DNA from: Candidatus Helarchaeota archaeon
Lineage (GTDB): Archaea > Asgardarchaeota > Lokiarchaeia > Helarchaeales > RDOG01
Length of the DNA: 19,572 nucleotides
Assembly (NCBI GenBank): GCA_029838215.1
Contig: JALGVI010000072.1
Coordinates: 1-19,572 of the forward strand
Direction: 5' to 3'
The notes beneath the pieces are model-generated. The model saw only the letters and a list, made by a program, of their open reading frames with translations. It was not told the DNA's origin and searched no databases. Position 1 is the stretch's first letter. The number at the start of each line of letters is the position of its first letter. Below, piece by piece: positions 8,311-16,060 of the stretch. Both the position numbers and the translations under genes were made by a program.

Positions 8311-9255
8311 TTATAAACCTAGGATTTCTTTTAAATAGATGTTATGCTTGCCGAGAGTGCCTCCGTAATTTCCTGCAGATATCTTTTTGATACCAGGGAC
8401 GGCTACTGCAGCCTTGATTCCATCTGCCATTGCCTGTTTGACCGCATCCAAAGTTATTCCATCAAGGACAATTTCGAGCACGCAATTCACGTCTGCTGGA
8501 ACTTTGGTTCCTTCGACTTGATCTTTTAGCGTCGGACATTCAAAATGGTTCGTTGAAGCATTCAAGAACTTGTATTTCATGCTTCCCGTCTTAGATCCTG
8601 ACCGGCAGACACCGCCGGGAAAGCTGGTGATCACGCCTTCAACTTTTCCTATTGCTTCGATGGCGTCCATTGATGCTTTTAATGTGTTATCCAAATTGTC
8701 TCCAAAAATGAAGAAGTTACCTCCACCAATGGCTTTTTTTGCCTTGAAACCATCTTCGAATATTGCTTCACCTTCCATCACGGGAATCTTCCAGATTGTT
8801 CGGTCCCCGAGTTGGTCCTTTTTCTGAAATCCATCTCCAAAATAAGATAATTGAAATCCCGTTCGGAATACGGCTGGAACTTTCTCTTCGGTTCCATCTT
8901 TCTTTTTCTTTTTATATAGGTCTGGTTCCGCCTTGAGCCAGTCAAAAACCGACACGGTTGGACAGGTCAAAAGACATTGCCCCATGCGATTTAAAAGCGT
9001 ATTTCCCAACTGTTTCCTGGGTGCAAAAAGCATTGCCGTAGCTCCCGGTCGTCCATCGGGAGTTTCAGTCTTTGGAATGACCAGATCTACTCCTGCTTCA
9101 CAATCGCATGCAATCGTGGAAACTGCAAATCCCGTGAAGGTTGAAATTGCGTTCTTTACCCACGTTTCATCGTGAGCGGTGATCAACACGCGTGCGCACC
9201 ACATGTTAAATGCTTCCGCATACGTGTCGTCTATCTTAACACCATTTAATTCCAA
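8311..9255 (-). CDS. ftr: Formylmethanofuran:tetrahydromethanopterin formyltransferase (canonical)
   Basis: DTYAEAF, TPDGRPG, FGDGFQ, IGGGNF, RSGSK, STNH, LEIVLDG and SAGNYGG motifs all present; TTG start behind GGTGG. Confidence 0.95.
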   Translation of the reverse strand: MELNGVKIDDTYAEAFNMWCARVLITAHDETWVKNAISTFTGFAVSTIACDCEAGVDLVIPKTETPDGRPGATAMLFAPRKQLGNTLLNRMGQCLLTCPTVSVFDWLKAEPDLYKKKKKDGTEEKVPAVFRTGFQLSYFGDGFQKKDQLGDRTIWKIPVMEGEAIFEDGFKAKKAIGGGNFFIFGDNLDNTLKASMDAIEAIGKVEGVITSFPGGVCRSGSKTGSMKYKFLNASTNHFECPTLKDQVEGTKVPADVNCVLEIVLDGITLDAVKQAMADGIKAAVAVPGIKKISAGNYGGTLGKHNIYLKEILGL

Positions 9256-9321
9256 TCAAAACCACCTTTTTTGTATTCAAGTGCAAAATTCTTTTAGTTA
9301 TCAATTAATAATTTGAGTCTG

Positions 9322-9329
9322 ATATAAAA
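9322..9329 (-). promoter_or_regulatory. Candidate TATA box for the ftr operon (TTTTATAT)
   Basis: Lies about 67 nt upstream of the ftr start in the divergent intergenic region. Confidence 0.4.
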
Positions 9330-9499
9330 GTTTAAGCACGATGATTTCCCTTGCTAAAGGCATTCAAATTCAAGTTTATCGCATCTAAAGGAAATATGAT
9401 GAAAAATAAGAAACCATCACGTGAAATTTCTTCTGAATTTCAAAGGATTTTCATACTCCAGTAGCCTGTCCAGATTGCCTCCTAGCTTAATTGACTTAC

Positions 9500-9513
9500 C
9501 GAAAATATAAATA
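9500..9513 (+). promoter_or_regulatory. Candidate BRE + TATA box (CGAAAA-TATAAATA) for fwdG/fwdF
   Basis: Purine-rich BRE-like element immediately followed by a consensus TATA box. Confidence 0.55.
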
Positions 9514-9611
9514 TACAATTTTCATATTTTGTGTGATTACAAGCCTTGAATTATCAAATTTAAATTTATCAAACTAAAATTTTGTACTTACGATGCAGAT
9601 TTCATGACGTG

Positions 9612-9872
9612 ATGAGAATGGAAACGGAACGTACTTACCTTCCCGTTGTGAATAAAGTCAGATGCACTGGCTGTGGTGATTGTACCATCGCCTGTCCCGT
9701 TGATGTTGATCTAAAGAAGCAAAATGAACCCACCATTCTAATAGTGACTAACGGGCTTTGTATCGTTCAGACTCCCGAAGCTTGCGATGGCTGTGGTAAC
9801 TGTGTCTCTGCTTGCAGCCAAGATGCAATTCACATAGAACTGGTAGGAGGCACGGCAGAAATCAAGCTATAG
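9612..9872 (+). CDS. 2x[4Fe-4S] ferredoxin, FwdG-like
   Basis: CTGCGDCTIACP and CDGCGNCVSAC separated by an ILIVTNG segment typical of FwdG. Start taken as ATG 9612 (or 9618) rather than TTG 9582. Confidence 0.85.
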   Translation: MRMETERTYLPVVNKVRCTGCGDCTIACPVDVDLKKQNEPTILIVTNGLCIVQTPEACDGCGNCVSACSQDAIHIELVGGTAEIKL

Positions 9873-9885
9873 GAGGTTATCATGC

Positions 9886-10578
9886 ATGATCCCGAGCTTT
9901 AAACATACAATCGAGAAAGATAATCAAGAATTGAGCATGCGGCTCCTTACATTGAAAACCAAGTTGATTCATCACCAAGAAAAGTGCATGGGCTGCAATA
10001 CATGCCGAATTGTATGTCCAAAGGATGCTGTTTCACGCGGACCTGTTGGGGCTGTGATGAAAAATCTCACGGAGAAAGTCCCTTCTGTTGTCTTTGACGT
10101 GAATAAATGTAGTTTCTGTGGTACCTGTGTATATCTATGTCCTTTTGGTGCACTAGAACTCCTAATCGATGACCAACAAGTCTTAAAACTAAAGGAAGAA
10201 AAGGCACTTCCCGATCTAGTAATCGAAATGAAGAAAACAACTGATGGAGCGCCAATAAAGTGCTTCTTTGAAGGAAAAATCACGATTAATGCCGACGTTT
10301 GCATCCCCGAATGTCAAAGTTGTGCCATCGGATGCCCTACTGGAGCAATTGAATATCCAAAAGCTGAAAAGCCGTGGGAAAAAGCCACGCGCGTTACTGT
10401 GGATGAAGAAAAATGCGTGAAATGTGGTACCTGCGTGCATATCTGTCCTTCAGAAGCCATTACGTTGGAACGTACAGAAATCAAGTTCAAAGGAGAACCT
10501 GAAAAAGATTATACTGTTCCATTCTGGCCCAATATCGTGGAAAAACTGAAGACTAAGCTACAGAGTCCAATAAAATAA
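9886..10578 (+). CDS. Polyferredoxin with four [4Fe-4S] motifs, short FwdF-like
   Basis: CMGCNTCRIVCP, CSFCGTCVYLCP, CIPECQSCAIGCP and CVKCGTCVHICP; FwdF-like RGPVGA and GEITI-type segments; strong SD (AGGAGGT) at 9871-9877. Confidence 0.85.
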   Translation: MIPSFKHTIEKDNQELSMRLLTLKTKLIHHQEKCMGCNTCRIVCPKDAVSRGPVGAVMKNLTEKVPSVVFDVNKCSFCGTCVYLCPFGALELLIDDQQVLKLKEEKALPDLVIEMKKTTDGAPIKCFFEGKITINADVCIPECQSCAIGCPTGAIEYPKAEKPWEKATRVTVDEEKCVKCGTCVHICPSEAITLERTEIKFKGEPEKDYTVPFWPNIVEKLKTKLQSPIK

Positions 10579-10758
10579 TCTCGCAATTTTTAATTCTGCC
10601 CCTTTTCTTACTTTTATCATTTTTAATTATTTTTTCGCAAATAATAGTTTCTTCCCAATTGATGATTTTATATATGATTTCTCGAAACGATCATTAATGT
10701 TTATTGAAAAAGTATATTCGGGAGCAAAATAATGTCTTTGACTCGAACAGCATCTCGT

Positions 10759-10836
10759 GATCGGACCTGCTTTCCCTACTTTTTCTCGCTCCCTCCTCCC
10801 ATCTTATCGGTTTCCTCCTCTTAAGTAGGTCCGATC
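10759..10836 (+). other. Intergenic stem-loop: 14-bp stem and a ~50-nt pyrimidine-rich loop; candidate ncRNA
   Basis: GATCGGACCTGCTT (10759-10772) pairs with AAGTAGGTCCGATC (10823-10836) with one G-U pair; the loop contains CCTCCTC twice. Confidence 0.45.
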
Positions 10837-10853
10837 CCCTAACTATCTTCATG

Positions 10854-11450
10854 TCAACTTGCTTCTTTTTCACGACGACAACGAAGGTAATGCAGTAAAT
10901 GAAGACCCAAAAACAAGCCGTAACCAATTAAAAGATAAAGCGAGAAGAAATCAAAAAGTAATAACAAGATCAGGCTGATGAAAAATATCGCCACTTCCAC
11001 GACCAAAATGATTTTTGAATGATAATACGTCATGGTGAAATAACACTGAGGAACGCGTCGTGGTGGGTCTGAAGGTGGTGATGGCGGCTTTAGGGTCCCA
11101 CCGATCAATAAATCCCTTTTTATTGGAGTTAAAGCACAGGTCCCCCAGTCGATCAAATCCAAACTGACATGAACGAGTCCTGCAAGTCCGGCATAGAGCA
11201 ACCATGGAAAATTAAAGAATGCAAGCAAGACTCCGAACCCCATTAATATCAGGTATAATGGAAAGCCGTGAGTAGGAAGCCGTCGATGATTGTAGTCCTT
11301 CGCAAACCGAGAAAATATGAAATCAAAATCAATGAGAATGGAAATGCCAACAATCAAGAGCAAGTCTAAATGAGAAAGATGCTGGAAAAAAAAAGTGCGG
11401 AGAAATATTGTTAAAATAATACCCGCCGATAAGTGGACGTTTATTTGCAA
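10854..11450 (-). CDS. Membrane-bound metal-dependent hydrolase (YdjM/DUF457-like)
   Basis: H-L-S-A-G, I-D-F-D, H-R-R-L-P-T-H-G and H-V-S-L-D-L-I-D metal-ligand pattern within hydrophobic helices. Confidence 0.8.
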   Translation of the reverse strand: MQINVHLSAGIILTIFLRTFFFQHLSHLDLLLIVGISILIDFDFIFSRFAKDYNHRRLPTHGFPLYLILMGFGVLLAFFNFPWLLYAGLAGLVHVSLDLIDWGTCALTPIKRDLLIGGTLKPPSPPSDPPRRVPQCYFTMTYYHSKIILVVEVAIFFISLILLLLFDFFSLYLLIGYGLFLGLHLLHYLRCRREKEAS

Positions 11451-11502
11451 GGTTGTTCATCCTCTTCATGCCACGTCAAATAAAAATTATCTGGAATCGT
11501 TC

Positions 11503-12690
11503 TTAGTGAAAACGTTCTCGCTCGACTCGCATGTAACATTCTGCAACCGATTCTTCAGGGATTTCATTTCGGACTTTCACGAGGTCGATTTTATTTGCGG
11601 GACAATTCGAAGCACAAACTCCACAACCAATGCATCGGTCTTCGTCGACTCTCCATTCTTCTTCATATTCTTCATGCGGCATGTAATGCCAGATTGCCTT
11701 GGTCGGACAAATCTCGACACAGCGATAACAATTTCTACACTCATTTTCGTTGAATTTAGCCATGTAATTGCTTCTCATGAAAGCTTTCGGATTTTGCATC
11801 TCAACCATGCCACGCAAGATTCCACAATGACAAGGACAGCAATTGCAAATGAAACCCATTTCTTGAGAATTATACGTGCAGTGAACAAGTCCTTTTTTCT
11901 CGCAGTCCAATAGGACTTCTAGAGCTTCTTCTTTTGTGAGTTCTTTGACTATCATTCCTGCTCTTTTAAAATGTTCGATATCTCCTAAGAGCATGCATAC
12001 ATCCACAGGATTATCGCACGGACCCCGCCCTGGTTTATCATTGTATCGGCTTTCCGTCCTGCAAGCACAGGGAATGACTGCAATTCCGTCTGCCCTTTCT
12101 ATTGCTGTCTTTACTTGTTCGAAAGGCAACACGACGGTTTCGTCGACCCCTAATTCTTCGTTAACCTCTACAATCTTGTTTGCCCGATCTGCTGGTAAAA
12201 TTCTCGCCCACGGGTAATTGCTGGCACACATTTCCATGAGAAACCCCTCATAGGCATATTTTTCCATGAGCTTAACAACTTTCTTTACTGTTTCATCAGA
12301 ATATGTTCCATCATTCATTCCGACTTTTGAAAAGAACCATTCAAAAACTCCAATGACCATTGGCCAAATTGAGTATTTCACCAGTTCCTTTCCTGTTGCA
12401 GTCGTTTTCCTTCTGGAATATATCATTCCTCTCTTGGCGAGATTTTCAACGATTTCGAGTATTTTTTCTTCAGAATATTTATCGGTTTTTGCTTGAATCC
12501 TTTGTACCAGCTTTCTGGGAGAAAGGGCATCAAGATGTGGTTGTTTAAAAAAGCCTAAAATTTCTGCTTCTTCTGGAGTGAAAATTAGTTGCAGGATTTT
12601 GAGCAGGTTTTTGGATTTTGGAGTGCGAATCGACCAGCGATTCATTATTTTTTGTAACCGCTCATAAACTTCAAGTTCTTTACCTGACAT
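11503..12690 (-). CDS. Uncharacterised 4Fe-4S protein with an N-terminal wHTH-like region and extra Cys clusters
   Basis: IFTPEEAEIL...LAKRGMI, CACR...C...CM, ICNCCPCHC, CRNCYRCVEICP and CIGCGVCASNCP motifs. Confidence 0.85.
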   Translation of the reverse strand: MSGKELEVYERLQKIMNRWSIRTPKSKNLLKILQLIFTPEEAEILGFFKQPHLDALSPRKLVQRIQAKTDKYSEEKILEIVENLAKRGMIYSRRKTTATGKELVKYSIWPMVIGVFEWFFSKVGMNDGTYSDETVKKVVKLMEKYAYEGFLMEMCASNYPWARILPADRANKIVEVNEELGVDETVVLPFEQVKTAIERADGIAVIPCACRTESRYNDKPGRGPCDNPVDVCMLLGDIEHFKRAGMIVKELTKEEALEVLLDCEKKGLVHCTYNSQEMGFICNCCPCHCGILRGMVEMQNPKAFMRSNYMAKFNENECRNCYRCVEICPTKAIWHYMPHEEYEEEWRVDEDRCIGCGVCASNCPANKIDLVKVRNEIPEESVAECYMRVERERFH

Positions 12691-12721
12691 TTTTATACAT
12701 CTCTATTTTTAATTTTTGAAT

Positions 12722-13150
12722 TTACATGTTAAATAATTTCATTATTTTCGGATAATTCTTTGATACCCAATTCTGGAGCTTCTTAAGGCTGGTGGCATTT
12801 CGCAGATTGGCAAAGAGAATTAATGAGCGCGACATGATTTTCGTATAGAGCAAGTTCTCCTCAACCGTCACCGTGAACTCCAAAATTTCTCTATTTGCCA
12901 CATCGAGATAGATCTTTGAAGATGAAGACACTAAATCCGGTAAGTCCGCTGCTAGCGAACGCTCGTTGATACCCTCATCCGTAGATGAAATAATCGGCAA
13001 GCCCTTATATGAAGCACTTGTTCCCACTATCAAAATGGCACTTGCATTTATCGAATTCCTTAATTTATCAAATTCCATCTCAAGTTCTTTTGCATTTTCC
13101 AAAGAACTATCTTTACTCAGAATTTTTTTTATAAAATCACTGATTCCCAT
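12722..13150 (-). CDS. Roadblock/LC7- or longin-like small protein
   Basis: Helix, then AILIV...GLPIISS...LAA, then alternating strands and a C-terminal helix, matching the Roadblock/profilin-like pattern. Confidence 0.55.
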   Translation of the reverse strand: MGISDFIKKILSKDSSLENAKELEMEFDKLRNSINASAILIVGTSASYKGLPIISSTDEGINERSLAADLPDLVSSSSKIYLDVANREILEFTVTVEENLLYTKIMSRSLILFANLRNATSLKKLQNWVSKNYPKIMKLFNM

Positions 13151-13213
13151 GGATAATCAACAAGATTCGTTTTGTTACAAATTAAATGGTAAACCAGTTT
13201 TTAAATCCGATTA

Positions 13214-14308
13214 TCAACCGATAAGAAGAAATATGGTATAAAGACCTGCAACGGAAAATATGGCTATCAACAAGATGTCTATTGTAAGAACGGAGAAGAA
13301 ATATAGTCCCTTACGGGATTTCAACAGTTTCCTGCCCTTCTCATAGATTTTTCCGAAGAAATCATGCTTATTACGAAGCTCCATGAAATAATAGAAATAA
13401 ATCAAGAATAATGGAAGCAAATATGTTCCGTGCTCAATGCGAAAAGTAAGAAATGAAAAATTAAATCGATTTGCACTTGCTGCAAACTGGGTGAGTCGAT
13501 TTAGGAAAAGAACGATCAAAGAATTACTGAGATATGCCGGATTGAGCAAAATCATTACAATATCAATTATGAACATGCAATTCAAAAGCAAGACCATCCC
13601 ACAAAATACCGTAAAATAGAGCCACTTTTTTTTAGCACGAAGAATAAAAACAGGAAGCGCAATGATCATGTGCAATTTAAACATGGATAATGCCAAAAAA
13701 ATGGCACTCGGGAGGTCTTTTTCCTCTAAACTGAACTTATACGCCAACATCAGCAAGAGAAGTACAACAAAATTGAGATTTAAAAGAAATAGCTCCACGT
13801 AAATTGAAATTAATCCGAGGTAAAAAATGGGAAATGTTTTATCAAAATTCTTCTCCATTAACTTGTTTGCATAGAACAAGCAAGCAACAGTCATGCAAAA
13901 ATATGCCACTACTCCAATAAAAGGGAAAAATGGGTTTGGAACGATTTGATACAACCAAAATGGCAAATAGAAGGGCAAGATGTAAAGGATCATGTATGGA
14001 AGGTAAGGCCAACCATAAAGGACTGCTGATGCTCCTGCCGGAGTAAAATAATAGAGAAGATGAAACCCACCCGTGACGAATAGGTTTGCTGAACTTATAT
14101 ATATGATGAAATCGGTCCAGATGGGAAAAATTGAAATGCTGAATTGGTTCGTTGCGAATAAATATGAATTTCTAACCAGACCAATTATCAATATTACGAG
14201 AGCAATGCTTGAATATACCAACATTCTATACTTAAAATTAAACTTCTCGACTGGAATCGCGTGCAGTCGCGCAGTAAGACTCTCTTCTTCCATCTTTTTG
14301 TGTCCCAC
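13214..14308 (-). CDS. Multi-pass membrane protein, GT87/DUF2029-like glycosyltransferase
   Basis: About 9-10 TM helices; Y-L-P...F-Y-L-P, N-L-N-F-V-V-L-L-L and S-A-I-F-L-A-L-S-M-F-K pattern resembling GT87. Confidence 0.55.
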   Translation of the reverse strand: MGHKKMEEESLTARLHAIPVEKFNFKYRMLVYSSIALVILIIGLVRNSYLFATNQFSISIFPIWTDFIIYISSANLFVTGGFHLLYYFTPAGASAVLYGWPYLPYMILYILPFYLPFWLYQIVPNPFFPFIGVVAYFCMTVACLFYANKLMEKNFDKTFPIFYLGLISIYVELFLLNLNFVVLLLLMLAYKFSLEEKDLPSAIFLALSMFKLHMIIALPVFILRAKKKWLYFTVFCGMVLLLNCMFIIDIVMILLNPAYLSNSLIVLFLNRLTQFAASANRFNFSFLTFRIEHGTYLLPLFLIYFYYFMELRNKHDFFGKIYEKGRKLLKSRKGLYFFSVLTIDILLIAIFSVAGLYTIFLLIG

Positions 14309-14332
14309 TAAACTAATTCTAATCCTTGTTAA

Positions 14333-14734
14333 TTAGCCACGTACTGATTTCTTCGGTTCTGGTTGCTTCTTTTTTCTTTTATATCGATGGGTCTTGTAAT
14401 TGTATTTTCCTCGAATTCTTTCAATCTCGCCATACGTATCCGTCAATTTTTGCAGGTATTTTTTCAGGTATTTATTTTTCAATGGATGGGGATTGTTGAG
14501 CCGTTCCAACACTTCATCTGATGATGGCTTTGAATTCAAGAGCTCTAATCGACTTAACGGAATTTGCACGGAAGATAATACCCACCCTTTTTCTTTTGTT
14601 TGAGCTCTTATCTGACCAACTCCTGCCTTCTCATCGATAGTCAATTTAGTCTGCCCTAGTTTCTGGGCTTTCTCATCTCGCACCTTAATTGAAACTATTT
14701 TCTCTTTCTTCTTCTTTCCATCGTTGGAGCCCAT
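14333..14734 (-). CDS. Hypothetical lysine-rich protein
   Basis: 133-aa ORF that exactly fills the gap in the minus-strand run; SD-like GAAGGG; no recognised motif. Confidence 0.7.
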   Translation of the reverse strand: MGSNDGKKKKEKIVSIKVRDEKAQKLGQTKLTIDEKAGVGQIRAQTKEKGWVLSSVQIPLSRLELLNSKPSSDEVLERLNNPHPLKNKYLKKYLQKLTDTYGEIERIRGKYNYKTHRYKRKKKQPEPKKSVRG

Positions 14735-14769
14735 GTTATCCCTTCAATTTATTTTTGATTCACTTTCTG

Positions 14770-15708
14770 CTAAACGAGATCTCGCAAGTATATTTTATGT
14801 TTTCCCAGCGTGCCTTCATAATTTCCTGTTGAAATTCCCCTAACACCAGGAACCGACGTTCCAATCTCAATGGATTTTTTCATGGCTTGCTTCATGCACT
14901 CTAAATTCATGGCGTCAAAAACAATCTCAGGAATGGAATTTATGCCCAACGGAATCTTCGAATCTGAAATCTGATTCCGTAATGATGGACAGTATTGATG
15001 GTTCGTGCTTGGTCCTATTATCTTCACATTCGGTTGACCTTCATATGGTGGTTTCGATCCTGCTGAGCAAATGTCAAATGGCGTGATGACTCCTTCCATT
15101 TTTAAAATTTCTTCAATGACTCTTTCTCCAACGGTAATCGCTGAATCAACGTCCTTGCAAAAATACCAAATATTTCCTCCGCTAATAGCACGTGCATATC
15201 CGAGTGTCTTCTCAATGTAGAAATCTTCTCCCATCATGATTGGCACTTGAATTAGATCACGCCCATTCAAAGAAATCAATTTCGAATATTTGTCACCACA
15301 ATATCCTACTCCGTCCATCATGTCAAATGTTCCGAGAGGATTCTCTACTGCATCGTAGATTTTCGTTGTTGGCACCACGAGAATACCCTGGCGCAGTCGC
15401 AAGCACAATTCCTTATAAAATCTTTTCAGGTCTCGCTCCAAATCTCCTGAATCCATGCCCCAAACTTGAGCAAGGAATCCCGGATTACCATCTGGCGTTT
15501 CCTTAGAAGATAGATATTTCTCGACACCGCCCTCCGTTCGCCCAACCACGACTGAAGGCAGACCAAGCCCAAGAGCGGCTCTTGCCAGAAGTCGATCCGT
15601 CCTTGCGGTAACCATGAATCTCGTGAAAAGACCATCGAACGCCTCACAATAAGTATCTTCTATTTCCACGTCATTAACGATCTTCAAAGGTTTCTCAAAT
15701 AACATCAT
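14770..15708 (-). CDS. Ftr-like formyltransferase paralog (second, 'Ftr-II' clade)
   Basis: EDTYCEAF, ETPDGNPG, CGD, ISGGN, DICSAGSK, GPSTNHQYCP, PEIVFD and GNYEG motifs; the catalytic Glu equivalent is retained; SD GAGGAG at 15712-15717. Confidence 0.9.
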   Translation of the reverse strand: MMLFEKPLKIVNDVEIEDTYCEAFDGLFTRFMVTARTDRLLARAALGLGLPSVVVGRTEGGVEKYLSSKETPDGNPGFLAQVWGMDSGDLERDLKRFYKELCLRLRQGILVVPTTKIYDAVENPLGTFDMMDGVGYCGDKYSKLISLNGRDLIQVPIMMGEDFYIEKTLGYARAISGGNIWYFCKDVDSAITVGERVIEEILKMEGVITPFDICSAGSKPPYEGQPNVKIIGPSTNHQYCPSLRNQISDSKIPLGINSIPEIVFDAMNLECMKQAMKKSIEIGTSVPGVRGISTGNYEGTLGKHKIYLRDLV

Positions 15709-15798
15709 GATCTCCTCAATACATGCATGTAAATGACTTGTAAAATCGAATCTTAAAATGATCTGTCTTTTGGTTTGTCAATAAAATTAAAAAATGGA

Positions 15799-15942
15799 TT
15801 ATTTTTCTTGGAATTGGAGAAAAATATCATTCAAAAGCATTAATAAGCTCAAGAACTCAACGAGAGACGTATCAATGTCTTGATCATCCTCGTCCCAAGC
15901 CAAACAAAAGAGTGGAGAATACCTATCGTAAAATAATGTCAT
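15799..15942 (-). CDS. Candidate 47-aa acidic small protein
   Basis: Translated by hand: MTLFYDRYSPLFCLAWDEDDQDIDTSLVEFLSLLMLLNDIFLQFQEK*, preceded by GTGAAGGA; fills an otherwise empty 350-nt gap. Confidence 0.4.
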   Translation of the reverse strand: MTLFYDRYSPLFCLAWDEDDQDIDTSLVEFLSLLMLLNDIFLQFQEK

Positions 15943-16060
15943 GATTCCTTCACGAGTTTTCCTTTTAAGAATGATCCCCTTAACTCCTTAATAAAGAAAA
16001 TTCTTTTTTGTCTTTTAGGTTTCTATCTATTTTTTTTGATATTTCTCTAGGTCCAAAAAC

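Noticed and set aside
9582-9611. Longer ferredoxin start at TTG 9582
   Set aside because: The extra residues are not ferredoxin-like and downstream ATGs give a normal FwdG length.
10700-10850. RNase P RNA, SRP RNA, SECIS or a known riboswitch
   Set aside because: It is too short and I found none of the hallmark motifs (e.g. GAGGAAAGUCC); no in-frame TGA selenoprotein candidate lies nearby.
11395-11913. 172-aa plus-strand ORF and the many other 60-126-aa ORFs nested antisense or off-frame in called genes
   Set aside because: They overlap genes with clear family motifs and have none themselves; they are typical shadow ORFs.
15982-16060. Stop-codon readthrough extension of the nucleoside hydrolase (26 open codons after TAG)
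   Set aside because: The enzyme is already full length, the extension is A-rich low complexity, and I recognised no pyrrolysine machinery in the window.
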